Source: an uncultured Gemmatimonadota bacterium (GTDB lineage: Bacteria; JAAXHH01). Taken from it: a stretch of 64,000 bases of DNA. The stretch lies in NCBI GenBank assembly GCA_951812955.1, contig OX638340.1:384001-448000 (forward strand), written 5' to 3'. How positions within the stretch are numbered: the first letter of the stretch is position 1; the number at the start of each line of letters is the position of its first letter. The notes under the pieces were generated by a model. The model saw only the letters and a list, made by a program, of their open reading frames with translations. It made no database searches and was not told where the DNA came from. A program made the position numbers and the translations under genes. Positions 27,612 through 37,628 of the stretch are shown here, one piece after another.

Positions 27612-28796
27612 ATGGGCGCACTCAAGGACATTCGCGTCATCGACCTCACCCGGGTGCTCGCGGGTCCATTCACGACCATGACCCTGGGCGACCTGGGCGC
27701 CGATATCATCAAGGTCGAACCCTTCGGCGGGGACGAGGCGCGGGGATTCGGTCCCTTCAAAGAGGGCGTAAGCGGCTACTTCGAGAATGTCAACCGGGGC
27801 AAGCAGAGCATCGCCATCGATCTGAAGCATCCTGACGGACGCTACCTGCTCCTCGAATTGATCGCGAAGTCGGACGTGCTGGTGGAGAACTTCAGGCCGG
27901 GCGTGATGAAGAAACTCGGACTGGACTACGAGACTTTGCAGGAGCGGTTCCCGGGGCTGATCTACGCGGCCTGTTCCGGATTCGGACAGACCGGACCCTA
28001 CGCCCGGCGCGGGGCCTACGACATGATCATCCAGGGTATGGGCGGTATCGTCAGCATAACGGGCGAACCTGACCGCCCTCCTGTACGGGTGGGCGTATCC
28101 ATCGGGGATATCGCCGCCGCGCTATATTCCTGTATCGGCATTCTCACGGCACTATTCACCAGGACGCAGACGGGCAGGGGACAGATGGTGGACATCGGCA
28201 TGCTGGACTGCCAGGTCGCTCTCCTCGAGAACGCCATCGCCCGTTACGACATGACGGGCACCGTTCCGGAACCGCTCGGGGCCAGGCATCCATCCATCAC
28301 GCCCTTTCAGGCTGTCGAGACCCGGGACGGATGGATCATGATCGCGGCGGGGAACAACGTGCTCTGGCGCCGGCTGTGCGAAGTCGTTGAACGTGAGGAC
28401 CTGGCCGACGACGCACGCTTCAGGGACAACAACCTGCGCACCGAAAACAACGCCGACCTGCACACGATCCTGAGCGATGTATTCCGAGAAAGTACGACGG
28501 AAGACTGGCTGAGACGATTGGATGCAGCTGAGATACCTTGCGGGCCCATCCAGAATGTCCGGCAGGTCGTGGAAGATCCCCAGGTACTTGCCCGCGACAT
28601 GATCGTGAATCTCCTGCACCCTATCGCCGGCTCCCTGCGTGTAGCCGGTTCTCCAATAAAACTCTCAGAAACCCCGCCGGAAGTCACCCGGCACGCCCCC
28701 GCCCTGGGTGAACATACCGATCAGGTGCTGAAGTCGCTGCTCCAGGCGACCGGGGACGACCTGGCGCGCTGGCGCGAATCGGGTGCAATTCGTTAG
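27612..28796 (+). CDS. Family III CoA-transferase (CaiB/BaiF/formyl-CoA transferase-like)
   Basis: IRVIDLTRVLAGPFTTMTLGDLGADIIKVEP N-terminus; catalytic Asp in ...GAYDMIIQGMGG. Confidence 0.85.
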   Translation: MGALKDIRVIDLTRVLAGPFTTMTLGDLGADIIKVEPFGGDEARGFGPFKEGVSGYFENVNRGKQSIAIDLKHPDGRYLLLELIAKSDVLVENFRPGVMKKLGLDYETLQERFPGLIYAACSGFGQTGPYARRGAYDMIIQGMGGIVSITGEPDRPPVRVGVSIGDIAAALYSCIGILTALFTRTQTGRGQMVDIGMLDCQVALLENAIARYDMTGTVPEPLGARHPSITPFQAVETRDGWIMIAAGNNVLWRRLCEVVEREDLADDARFRDNNLRTENNADLHTILSDVFRESTTEDWLRRLDAAEIPCGPIQNVRQVVEDPQVLARDMIVNLLHPIAGSLRVAGSPIKLSETPPEVTRHAPALGEHTDQVLKSLLQATGDDLARWRESGAIR

Positions 28797-28958
28797 AAAG
28801 AGGGTACTATGCGATAGCGGAGCTGGGATTTAACGGGAACTCGAAAGAAAGAACATCCTCAACATGCTCATTACGAAAGTTACCGGTATTTTCCCTAAGT
28901 AGTGTTTAATCCCTCGGTTTCGTATCCATACTTAAATCACACGTCAAATCCACTGTCC

Positions 28959-28989
28959 CAATAAAAAGCCCTCCGGAGACCGAAGGGCT
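28959..28989 (-). terminator. Rho-independent terminator for the minus-strand ilv-leu operon
   Basis: On the minus strand AGCCCTTCGG-tct-CCGGAGGGCT followed by TTTTTATT; ~90 nt downstream of the leuB stop. Confidence 0.6.
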
Positions 28990-29079
28990 GATTCATGCTG
29001 CGCGTACCAATTCGATTTTAAACAATCAGATTATCGAAGTTGCGTTCCAGCAATTGTGCGTCACGCCAGTTAACGTGGG

Positions 29080-30132
29080 TCAGCCAACCGCCTCCGCAAC
29101 CATGTCGCCGATCTCGCTGGTGCCGTAGCCCATCCGGCCGGCGTCCATGCTCTTCATCTTGTTACTTACGACGTCGATGATGGCCCGCTCCACGAAGTCG
29201 GCGGCCTGCGCTTCACCCAGCTGGGCAAGCATCATCTGGCAGGAGGCGATGGCCGCGATCGGATTGATGACGTTCTGGTCCGTGTATTTCGGCGCCGAAC
29301 CCCCGATGGGCTCGAACATGGAAGTTCCCTCGGGATTGATGTTGCCCCCCGCGGCGATGCCCATGCCGCCCTGGATCATGGCGCCCAGGTCGGTGATGAT
29401 ATCGCCGAACATGTTGGTCGTCACGATGACGTCGAACCATTCGGGGTTTTTGACCATCCACATGCAGGTCGCGTCCACGTGGGCGTAGTCGGCGGTGATG
29501 CCCGGATATTCCTCGGCGACTTCGTAGAACACCCGCTCCCAGAGATCGTGGGCGTAGGTCAGCACGTTGGTCTTGGCGCAGAGGGTCACCTTGTTCTGCC
29601 GGTCTCGGGCCTTCGCCGTCTCGAAAGCGAATCGGACGCAACGCTCCACGCCCTTGCGGGTATTGATAGACTCCTGCACCGCGACCTCGTCGGTCGTACC
29701 CTTCTTGTACACGCCGCCGGCGCCGACGTACAGGTCCTCCGTGTTCTCACGGACCACGACGAAGTCGATATCCTCGGGCCCCTTGTCCTTGAGCGGACAG
29801 TCCACGCCCGGATACAGCTTGACGGGACGCAGGTTGATATAGAGGTCCAGTTCGAACCGGATGGTCAGGAGGATGCCCTTCTCCAGCAGTCCCGGCGGGC
29901 AGTCCGGGTGACCGATGGCGCCGAGGTAAATGGCGTCGTAGTGGCCCAGTTCCTGCAGCCCCTCTCGCGGAAGAATCTCTCCCGTCCTCAGGTACCTCTC
30001 TCCGCCGAAATCGTATTCCGTGAGTTCATATTCGAATGAAAACTTCTTCGAGGCCGCCTCGAGCACTTTCAGCCCCTCGCGCACGACCTCCGGACCGGTA
30101 CCGTCGCCCGGAATGACCGCGATATTGTACAA
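29080..30132 (-). CDS. leuB: 3-isopropylmalate dehydrogenase
   Basis: 350 aa isocitrate/isopropylmalate DH family (IAVIPGDGTGPEV...). leuA is immediately upstream in the same operon. Confidence 0.8.
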   Translation of the reverse strand: MYNIAVIPGDGTGPEVVREGLKVLEAASKKFSFEYELTEYDFGGERYLRTGEILPREGLQELGHYDAIYLGAIGHPDCPPGLLEKGILLTIRFELDLYINLRPVKLYPGVDCPLKDKGPEDIDFVVVRENTEDLYVGAGGVYKKGTTDEVAVQESINTRKGVERCVRFAFETAKARDRQNKVTLCAKTNVLTYAHDLWERVFYEVAEEYPGITADYAHVDATCMWMVKNPEWFDVIVTTNMFGDIITDLGAMIQGGMGIAAGGNINPEGTSMFEPIGGSAPKYTDQNVINPIAAIASCQMMLAQLGEAQAADFVERAIIDVVSNKMKSMDAGRMGYGTSEIGDMVAEAVG

Positions 30133-30167
30133 GTGTTCCTCCTGCGTAATGGGAATGTAGGGTAAGG

Positions 30168-31694
30168 TTACTCGACGATCAGCCCGCCGTGCCGGGCGAC
30201 GAGTTGATTGAGGGAATGCAGGTAAGCCTGGATGCTTGCTTTCACCACGTCGGTATCCGAGGCGTGGCTGTTGAAGGACTGGTCGTGGAAACCCACGCTG
30301 AGCTGGACGTGGTGGGCGCCGTCCCGACCGTTCGACGAGGTCTGGATATCCTTGACGTAGGTCGGCAGCTTGGTGATCCGGTCGACGGCGTTCAGGGCGG
30401 CCAGAATCTGGTTGTCGCCCACGCCCCCTTCTTCGATCGTCTCGCCGCTTACGTGAAGCCTTACGCTCGCATCGGCCTGTCCGGAATGCGAAGAAGTCAC
30501 CCTGAAGTCCTCGAGCAGGTACTGTTCGGGCACTTCCACGGGCATGTCGGTGACGATCCGGTGGAGGTCCTCGTCCGCCACTTCTTTTTGCCGGTCCGCC
30601 ACGTTCAGAAAGCGTACATGGACCTTTTCGAATTCATCTTTCTGGTTTTCGTCGTATGTATAACCCAGCAATTCGAGCCGATGCCGCAGGGCATGCCTGC
30701 CGGATCTTGCCGTCAACACGATGTCGCTCTTCTCGATGCCCACGTCAGACGGGCTCATGATCTCGTAGTTTTCCCTGTGCTTGAGGAATCCATCCTGGTG
30801 TATTCCCGAGGAATGGGCGAAGGCGTTGCTGCCCACGATGGCCTTGTTGCGCTGCACGGGCATGTGCATCAGGTCGCGCACCAGCAGGCTCGTGGTATAG
30901 ATCTGCGTGGTCTCAATGCCGGTGCGCGCGTCGTAGAAATCTCCGCGCATCTTGACCGCCATGACGATCTCTTCCAGGGAAGCGTTGCCTGCCCGTTCGC
31001 CCACGCCGTTTATGGTGCATTCAATCTGGGTTGCGCCTGCCTTGATCGCAGCCAGGGAATTGGCGGTAGCCATCCCCAGGTCGTTGTGGCAGTGCACGCT
31101 GACCTTGGCTTTTCCGATGTTCGGCACGGTGGCGATGAGCCGGGAGATCAGGTTGCCCCACTGCTCCGGCACGGCGTATCCGACCGTATCTGGTATATTC
31201 ACCACTGTTGCGCCGGCGTCGATGACCGCCTCAACGGTCTCGCACAGGTAGTCGAAATCGCTCCGGGAGGCATCCTCGGTCGAGTACTCGATGTCTTCGC
31301 AAAGGTCCTTGGCAAACTTTACGGCGTCCACGCCCATGTCCATGATCTGCTGGCGGGACTTGCGGAATTTGTGCTTCAGGTGGGTGTCCGACGTGCCCAG
31401 AACGATGTGTATCCGGGGGCGTTTGGCCGGTTTTACGGCCTCGGCCACGGCCACGATGTCCGATTCCACCGCCCGTGCGAGGGCTGTGATTACCGGGCCT
31501 TCGACCTGCTCGGCGATGTTCTTAACCGCGGCGAAGTCGCCGGGCGAAGACGCGGCGAAACCGGCTTCGATCACGTCAACGCCGAGTTCGGCGAGCTGGT
31601 GCGCGACCTGGATCTTCTCGTCCCGGTTCAGCGAAGCGCCGGGGACCTGTTCACCGTCACGCAGGGTGGTGTCGAAGATGTCCACTTTTCGCAT
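30168..31694 (-). CDS. leuA: 2-isopropylmalate synthase
   Basis: 508 aa; MRKVDIFDTTLRDGEQ N-terminus, HCHNDLG motif, C-terminal LeuA dimerisation domain. Confidence 0.9.
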   Translation of the reverse strand: MRKVDIFDTTLRDGEQVPGASLNRDEKIQVAHQLAELGVDVIEAGFAASSPGDFAAVKNIAEQVEGPVITALARAVESDIVAVAEAVKPAKRPRIHIVLGTSDTHLKHKFRKSRQQIMDMGVDAVKFAKDLCEDIEYSTEDASRSDFDYLCETVEAVIDAGATVVNIPDTVGYAVPEQWGNLISRLIATVPNIGKAKVSVHCHNDLGMATANSLAAIKAGATQIECTINGVGERAGNASLEEIVMAVKMRGDFYDARTGIETTQIYTTSLLVRDLMHMPVQRNKAIVGSNAFAHSSGIHQDGFLKHRENYEIMSPSDVGIEKSDIVLTARSGRHALRHRLELLGYTYDENQKDEFEKVHVRFLNVADRQKEVADEDLHRIVTDMPVEVPEQYLLEDFRVTSSHSGQADASVRLHVSGETIEEGGVGDNQILAALNAVDRITKLPTYVKDIQTSSNGRDGAHHVQLSVGFHDQSFNSHASDTDVVKASIQAYLHSLNQLVARHGGLIVE

Positions 31695-31812
31695 CGCCGC
31701 GTGCTCCTGTTAACGGTCTGCGCCCGGTCGGCCTGGATGCCTGACCGGTTTACTTCGAGGCTGGGACGCACTGCCTTGATCGTTACGCTGCTTCTGTTTG
31801 AGGCAGTGACGC

Positions 31813-32808
31813 TTACTTCTTCTCTTCGATCCAGCTCATCATGCTGCGCAATTGACGTCCGACCTCCACGATCTTCTTCTCCGACGCATTGCGTCTGAGC
31901 GCGTGCATGACCGGGGCGTTGGCCTGGTTCTCGAGCATCCATTCCCGGGCGAAGGCGCCGGACTGGATCTCGGCGAGAATGCGTTTCATCTCGGCGCGGG
32001 TCTCTTCGTTTACGATCCGCGGACCGCGGGTCAGGTCGCCGAATTCGGCCGTGTTGCTGACGGAATAGCGCATGCCTTCTATGCCGCCCTCGTACATCAG
32101 GTCCACGATGAGCTTCAGTTCGTGGAGACACTCGAAGTAGGCGATTTCGGGTTGGTACCCGGCCTCGACCAGGGTCTCGAAACCGGCCATGACGAGTTCG
32201 GACGTTCCGCCGCAGAGCACGGACTGTTCACCGAACAGGTCGGTCTCGGTTTCTTCCCGGAAGGTCGTTTCGATGACGCCGCCGCGGGTGCCGCCGATGC
32301 CCTTGGCATAGGCCAGGCCGATATCCCGGGCTTTGCCCGTGTGGTTCTGGTTGACCGCGAGCAGGCAGGGTACGCCGCCGCCTTCCTCGAACACCCGGCG
32401 CACGAGATGCCCCGGCCCCTTGGGCGCGACCATGAAGACGTCCACGTTATCGGGCGGGACGACCTGGTTGAAATGGATGTTGAACCCGTGGGCGAAGGCG
32501 AGGGCGTTGCCCTCTACCAGGTTCGGCGCCACGTAATCGTTGAATAGACGCGACTGGAGTTCGTCGTTGACCAGCATCATGATAATGTCGGCTTCGGCGG
32601 CCGCTTGTTCCACGGTACGGGGCTCGAATCCGTCCTTGACGGCCTGATCCCACGAGCCACCCTTACGCAGTCCCACGATGACGTCCAGTCCGGAATCGCG
32701 TAGGGAAAGTGCGTGGGCGTGTCCCTGGCTGCCGTAACCGACAACCGCGATGGTCTTGCCGTCCAATATGCCCAGGTCGGCGTCCTGATCGTAATACAGT
32801 CGAGCCAT
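31813..32808 (-). CDS. ilvC: Ketol-acid reductoisomerase
   Basis: 331 aa; [17 protein letters not shown] Rossmann motif. RBS GAAGGAGAA. Confidence 0.95.
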   Translation of the reverse strand: MARLYYDQDADLGILDGKTIAVVGYGSQGHAHALSLRDSGLDVIVGLRKGGSWDQAVKDGFEPRTVEQAAAEADIIMMLVNDELQSRLFNDYVAPNLVEGNALAFAHGFNIHFNQVVPPDNVDVFMVAPKGPGHLVRRVFEEGGGVPCLLAVNQNHTGKARDIGLAYAKGIGGTRGGVIETTFREETETDLFGEQSVLCGGTSELVMAGFETLVEAGYQPEIAYFECLHELKLIVDLMYEGGIEGMRYSVSNTAEFGDLTRGPRIVNEETRAEMKRILAEIQSGAFAREWMLENQANAPVMHALRRNASEKKIVEVGRQLRSMMSWIEEKK

Positions 32809-32820
32809 TGGTTCTCCTTC

Positions 32821-32952
32821 GTGCCGGACCGGCGTTCAGGCGAGGTCGGCGGTGATCATTTGGCGTGCCAGACCGGCGTTCAGGCCGGGTCGGCGGTGAT
32901 CATTTGGCGTGCCGGTCCGGCGTTCAGGCCAGGTCGGCGGTGATCTTCTTGC
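32821..32952. repeat. 3 x 44-bp tandem repeat; copy 3 is the ilvN 3' coding end
   Basis: gtgccggaccggcgttcaggcgaggtcggcggtgatcatttggc / gtgccagaccggcgttcaggccgggtcggcggtgatcatttggc / gtgccggtccggcgttcaggccaggtcggcggtgatcttcttgc. Confidence 0.85.
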
Positions 32953-33484
32953 GTTCCTTCTCCCAGACGGGAAGCGGGGCTTCCGGCGACGGGGTATCCT
33001 TGCTCTGGGATTCACGGGCGAGCGCCACCCGGCCGGTCCGGGCGATTTCCCGCACGCCGAAGGGCCGCACCATGTTGATGATGGCGTCGATCTTGTCCTC
33101 GTTGCCCGTAGCCTCCAGCATGATCGTCTTCTGGTTTATATCGACGATCTTCGCCTTGAAGATGTCAGCGATCTGAACGAGTTCCTGCCGCGTGGACTGA
33201 CTGGCGTTTACCTTGATCAGGGCGAGTTCCCTGTTGATGAAATTCTCGCCGGTCAGATCTACGACCCGGATCACGTCCACCAGCCGGTTCAACTGCTTGA
33301 TGATCTGTTCGATGATCGCCTCGTCACCCTGGGTGACGATGGTCATGCGGGCCGTGCCGGGTTCCGCCGCTTCGCCGACGGCAATGCTGTCGATGTTGAA
33401 ACCCCGTCCGCTGAACAGCCCGGAAATACGGGCGAGGACCCCAAAACGGTTCTCGACCACCATGGATATGGTATGGCGTGCCAT
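32924..33484 (-). CDS. ilvN: Acetolactate synthase small (regulatory) subunit
   Basis: 186 aa; ACT domain ISMVVENRFGVLARISGLFSGRGFNIDSIAVG. Confidence 0.9.
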   Translation of the reverse strand: MARHTISMVVENRFGVLARISGLFSGRGFNIDSIAVGEAAEPGTARMTIVTQGDEAIIEQIIKQLNRLVDVIRVVDLTGENFINRELALIKVNASQSTRQELVQIADIFKAKIVDINQKTIMLEATGNEDKIDAIINMVRPFGVREIARTGRVALARESQSKDTPSPEAPLPVWEKERKKITADLA

Positions 33485-33560
33485 GGTACAGTAGACTCCC
33501 TGCCGGTATATCCTCCCGGCCTTTTACCGCCGGTAAATTCTCCCGGCCAGTTTTCCTCGC

Positions 33561-35333
33561 CTATTCCTCTATCATCTCGTGGGACGCCGCCCCCGCGGGG
33601 ATCATGGGATACACGTTGTCTTCTTCGGCGATCACCAGATCGAGCATCACGGGACGGTCCTTGACCTTGCTGGCCTCGAGCCAGGCGCCTTCAACGTCTT
33701 CATCCTTGAAGACCCGAATTCCCACGGCGCCGTAGGCCTCCGCCAGCTTCACGAAATCCGGGTTGGACTCGCGCAGGTCAACCTCCGAGTAGCGCCGCGC
33801 ATAGAACATGTCCTGCCACTGCCGCACCATGCCGAGAAATCCGTTGTTCAGCAGCACGATCTTGATCGGCAGCCTGCAGGCCACGGCCGTGGCCATTTCC
33901 TGGATATTCATCTGTATGCTGCCGTCGCCGGAAAACACGATGACCTCGCGATCCGGGAAAGCGAACTGGGCGCCGATCGCGGCGGGCAGTCCGAATCCCA
34001 TCGTACCGAGTCCGCCGGAGGTGACCATCGATCGGGGATTCGAGAAGCCGTACCACTGGGCCGCCCACATCTGGTGCTGGCCGACGTCGGTGACCACGAA
34101 GGCTTCGCCCTTCGTAAGCTGGCCGATCCGCTCGATGGCATACTGTGCACACAGCGGCAGATGGTCCGTGCCCTTCTCGACCGTCTCCCGGTCAACGCCC
34201 TCCAGGCCTTCCTCGTGTACACCGATCGTGTTCGCGTAGGTCAGCGGGTGGTCGCGTTTCCATTCGTCGATCAGCTGGAGCCACTCTTCCGTATCTGCAC
34301 GTTCAACCAGGGGAACCAACTGCTGCAGCACGTTCTTCACGTCGCCCACGATGGGCAGGTCCACCCGCACGTTCTTGTTGAGAGACGACGGGTCGATGTC
34401 GATGTGGATTTTCTTTGAATTGGGAGAAAATTCTTCCAGATTGCCGGTCACCCGGTCGTCGAAACGCGCGCCGATGCAGACCAGCAGGTCGCACATCATG
34501 ACGGCGGTGTTCGCGTACCACGTGCCGTGCATGCCGAGCATCTTCAGCGAAAGCGGATCGTTTTCGGGGAATGCGCCGAGTCCCATCAGCGTAGTCGTCA
34601 CCGGGGCGTTGAGCTTGCGGGCCAGCGCACGGACTTCCTCCGACGCCTCGGAGATGATCGCTCCACCGCCAACGTAGATCACCGGTCTGCTGGCCGAGGT
34701 GAGCATCTCCGCTGCCTTGCGGATCTGCCTCGGATGTCCCTCGGTGCGGGGCTTGTACCCGCGTATATCCGGTCTTTCGGGGTATGCGAACTCGGCGGTC
34801 CCGACTTGCACGTCCTTCGGTACGTCGATCAGGACGGGGCCGGGCCTTCCCGTGGTCGCGATATGAAATGCCTCGGCGAATACCTGCGCGATGTCTTCAG
34901 TTTCCTTGATGAGGAAGTTATGCTTCGTGATCGGCCGGGTGATGCCCACGGTGTCCGATTCCTGGAAGGCATCGTTTCCGATCAGGTGCACCGGTACCTG
35001 GCCCGTGATCACGATCATCGGGATCGAATCCATGTACGCGGTCGCGATGCCGGTTACCGTATTGGTGGCGCCCGGACCCGAAGAGACGAGCACCACGCCG
35101 GGTTTGCCGGTGGCCCGCGCATATCCGTCGGCCATATGGGTCGCGCCCTGCTCGTGCCGGACGAGGATATGCTTGAGCTCGGTGGTGCGCTGAATTACGT
35201 CATAGGTCGGGATCACAACGCCGCCGGGATAACCGAAAACGACATCGACGCCTTCCTGCTTCAGACACTCTATGACTATTTCCGCACCCGACAATTCCAT
35301 CGAACGTCTCCTTGTAAAACAGGCGTATTCCAC
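33561..35333 (-). CDS. ilvB: Acetolactate synthase large subunit
   Basis: 590 aa ThDP enzyme (GYPGG, GPGATN, GDGS motifs). Confidence 0.95.
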   Translation of the reverse strand: MEYACFTRRRSMELSGAEIVIECLKQEGVDVVFGYPGGVVIPTYDVIQRTTELKHILVRHEQGATHMADGYARATGKPGVVLVSSGPGATNTVTGIATAYMDSIPMIVITGQVPVHLIGNDAFQESDTVGITRPITKHNFLIKETEDIAQVFAEAFHIATTGRPGPVLIDVPKDVQVGTAEFAYPERPDIRGYKPRTEGHPRQIRKAAEMLTSASRPVIYVGGGAIISEASEEVRALARKLNAPVTTTLMGLGAFPENDPLSLKMLGMHGTWYANTAVMMCDLLVCIGARFDDRVTGNLEEFSPNSKKIHIDIDPSSLNKNVRVDLPIVGDVKNVLQQLVPLVERADTEEWLQLIDEWKRDHPLTYANTIGVHEEGLEGVDRETVEKGTDHLPLCAQYAIERIGQLTKGEAFVVTDVGQHQMWAAQWYGFSNPRSMVTSGGLGTMGFGLPAAIGAQFAFPDREVIVFSGDGSIQMNIQEMATAVACRLPIKIVLLNNGFLGMVRQWQDMFYARRYSEVDLRESNPDFVKLAEAYGAVGIRVFKDEDVEGAWLEASKVKDRPVMLDLVIAEEDNVYPMIPAGAASHEMIEE

Positions 35334-35610
35334 CCCGGACGTGATCTACCGTTCACGAAACCGGCTGTGATTTCGTCGTGTAGATAACCCAACTTGTGCT
35401 TCGTAAAATATGCCGAAGACGCCTGTTGTCAAGTTAAAACTCCAGATAAACCCCTTGACGAAACGTACCGTTTCCGTTATATGTTCTAGGCTTTGCGCCA
35501 GCGGTCGGATCCGCTGTCCGTTCGGCGTTTAGCCAGCACGATACACAGCGGTTTAAGGCGGTTTCTAACCGGCGAATTACTCGACGAAACTTCGCAGGAG
35601 GTCCGGGTCG

Positions 35611-36282
35611 ATGGCAAGAACGAGACGGCGCATCAGCCGTCGTGAAATGAAGGAAGACCGATTCATTCTCTGGCTGTACGAGTTGAGCAGCGAGATCGAC
35701 AAGCACTGGAAAACGCTCACGGCGGCTGCCGTCGCTGTGGTCGTCTGCGTGGCCGGCTGGTATTACTGGACAAACAAGCAGACCGATGACATAGTCGAGG
35801 CGGGACGGATACTCGCGCCGGGGCAGACGGCGATGCAGAATAATCGCTATGAAGACGCCATTCCCATGTTCGAGCGGGTCGTGAACGAATTCGGCGGGAC
35901 CGCTCTTGCCCTCGAGGCCACGATCGAACTGGCCAACGCTTGTTTCCAAGCCGGCGACGTTGAGAAGGCACGCACCTACTATCAAAAATACCTCGACGAA
36001 TACGGCAGTCAGAACGCGTATTTCTGGATGGCCGCACGCTCCGGCCTGGCCGCCTGTGACGAAGAGGAAGAGAAGTACGAGGAAGCGGCCAACCAGTATC
36101 TCGCCCTGGTGGACGAAGATCCGGACAGCTATCTCGCCCCCGGTTTTCTCCTGGATGCCGCTCGATGTTTCAGCGCCGCTGAACAGAAGGACCAGGCAAG
36201 GGCCCTGTACGACCGTGTGGTTGATACCTACGAATCCACGCCTTACGCCCGGGAAGCCCGGATCGCGTTGACCGCGCTCTAA
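35611..36282 (+). CDS. Membrane-anchored TPR-like protein (YfgM/YbgF-like)
   Basis: 223 aa. One N-terminal TM segment, then TPR-like helical repeats. Confidence 0.6.
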   Translation: MARTRRRISRREMKEDRFILWLYELSSEIDKHWKTLTAAAVAVVVCVAGWYYWTNKQTDDIVEAGRILAPGQTAMQNNRYEDAIPMFERVVNEFGGTALALEATIELANACFQAGDVEKARTYYQKYLDEYGSQNAYFWMAARSGLAACDEEEEKYEEAANQYLALVDEDPDSYLAPGFLLDAARCFSAAEQKDQARALYDRVVDTYESTPYAREARIALTAL

Positions 36283-36385
36283 TCGACCGCATTCCAGTTG
36301 ACTGCGTCCTAGTTGCCCGCGTTCCAGCGGAGATCGCGTGGTCCGAACGCACCCCTCGCGTTGACTGCGCGCTAACGGAGATCGC

Positions 36386-37525
36386 GTGAAGGTTACCAAC
36401 TTCGCCCCCGGCCCCACACCGGTTCCGGATCGAGTCGTCCGAAAGATGTCGGAACCGGTCCTCACCCACCGATCCAGTGAATTCAGCGGCCTGCTGAGAC
36501 AAGTCACGTCGGGACTGCAGCACGTTTTCCAGACAGAGAACGATGTGCTCGTACTTACGGCCTCCGGCAGCGGCGCCATGGAAGCCGCCGTCGTCAACCT
36601 GCTGTCGCCGGGAGACCGCGTACTGGCGATCAGCGGAGGCAAATTCGGTAGTAGATGGGTCGAACTGTGCGAGACCTTCGGCCTGGACGCCCTGACCTTA
36701 GACGTGGCGTGGGGAAAGGCCGCCGATCCGGATGAAATCGACCGGATCCTGGCTGAGCGGGGACCCTTCGAGGCCGTGCTGGCCACCCATAGCGAAACAT
36801 CGACCGGCGTGCTGCACGACATCGAGGCCCTGGGGAATGTCGTTCGCGGTCACGGCTGCTATTTTGTCGTGGACGCAATCAGTGGACTCGGGGCCAACGA
36901 GCTGAAGACGGACGAATGGCACGTCGACGTGGCCCTGACGGGATCGCAGAAAGCGCTCATGGTCCCGCCCGGCCTCGCCTTTATCAGCGTCAGCGAACGG
37001 GCATGGAAGGGTATAGAGAGAAACACTCTCCCGTCCTATTATCTCAATCTGAAACGGGCCAGAGATTCCTTCTCTAAGGGGCTCACGCCCTATACGCCCG
37101 CCGTTTCGCTGCTCATGGGACTGGCCGAGTCACTGAGGATGATGAAGGAACTCGGACTGGAAGATATCTACCGGATTCACGAAAGAAACGCCCTGGTGAC
37201 CCGTGCGGGCGTCGCTGCGCTCGGGCTGAGGGTTTTCGCCCAGCGCCCTTCCAACGTACTGACTTCCGTATCCATGCCGCCCGGCATCGACGGCTCCGAG
37301 CTGCTGAAGACGATCAAACAGGATTGCGGCGTGACTATCGCCAACGGAATGGAGCACTTCAGGGGCAAATACATCCGCATCGCCCACCTGGGCTACGACA
37401 TCGCCCCTTCGGACATGCTGGTTGCGCTATCGGCACTCGAGCACGGCCTGAGCCGCCACGGGTACGCGTTCGAATCCGGCGCGGGTATCGCCGCGGCACA
37501 GCGGGTGATCCTCGAGACGGGGTAA
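36386..37525 (+). CDS. Class V aminotransferase (serine-pyruvate / phosphoserine aminotransferase-like)
   Basis: 379 aa. FAPGPTPVP start. PLP-lysine region VDVALTGSQKALMVPPGL. Confidence 0.8.
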   Translation: MKVTNFAPGPTPVPDRVVRKMSEPVLTHRSSEFSGLLRQVTSGLQHVFQTENDVLVLTASGSGAMEAAVVNLLSPGDRVLAISGGKFGSRWVELCETFGLDALTLDVAWGKAADPDEIDRILAERGPFEAVLATHSETSTGVLHDIEALGNVVRGHGCYFVVDAISGLGANELKTDEWHVDVALTGSQKALMVPPGLAFISVSERAWKGIERNTLPSYYLNLKRARDSFSKGLTPYTPAVSLLMGLAESLRMMKELGLEDIYRIHERNALVTRAGVAALGLRVFAQRPSNVLTSVSMPPGIDGSELLKTIKQDCGVTIANGMEHFRGKYIRIAHLGYDIAPSDMLVALSALEHGLSRHGYAFESGAGIAAAQRVILETG

Positions 37526-37628
37526 GGGTCGGTCGGCCCACGGGCATCTCGGCCGCGCAGCGGGCAGCGGGTGATCCTCGAGCAGGCCGCATCGTAGGAA
37601 GCCAAGTTTCGCAATACCGCAATACCTT

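Noticed and set aside
32821-32952. Tandem repeats (here, at 53128-53215 and at 57848-57911) as possible CRISPR arrays
   Set aside because: There are only 3-4 contiguous units with no unique spacers, and no cas genes in the window. These are not CRISPR.
35434-36822. 462-aa minus-strand ORF overlapping the TPR-protein and aminotransferase genes
   Set aside because: Low-complexity Ser/Arg/Pro-rich translation with no domain signal. It is antisense to two well-supported plus-strand genes, as is typical of spurious long ORFs in high-GC DNA.
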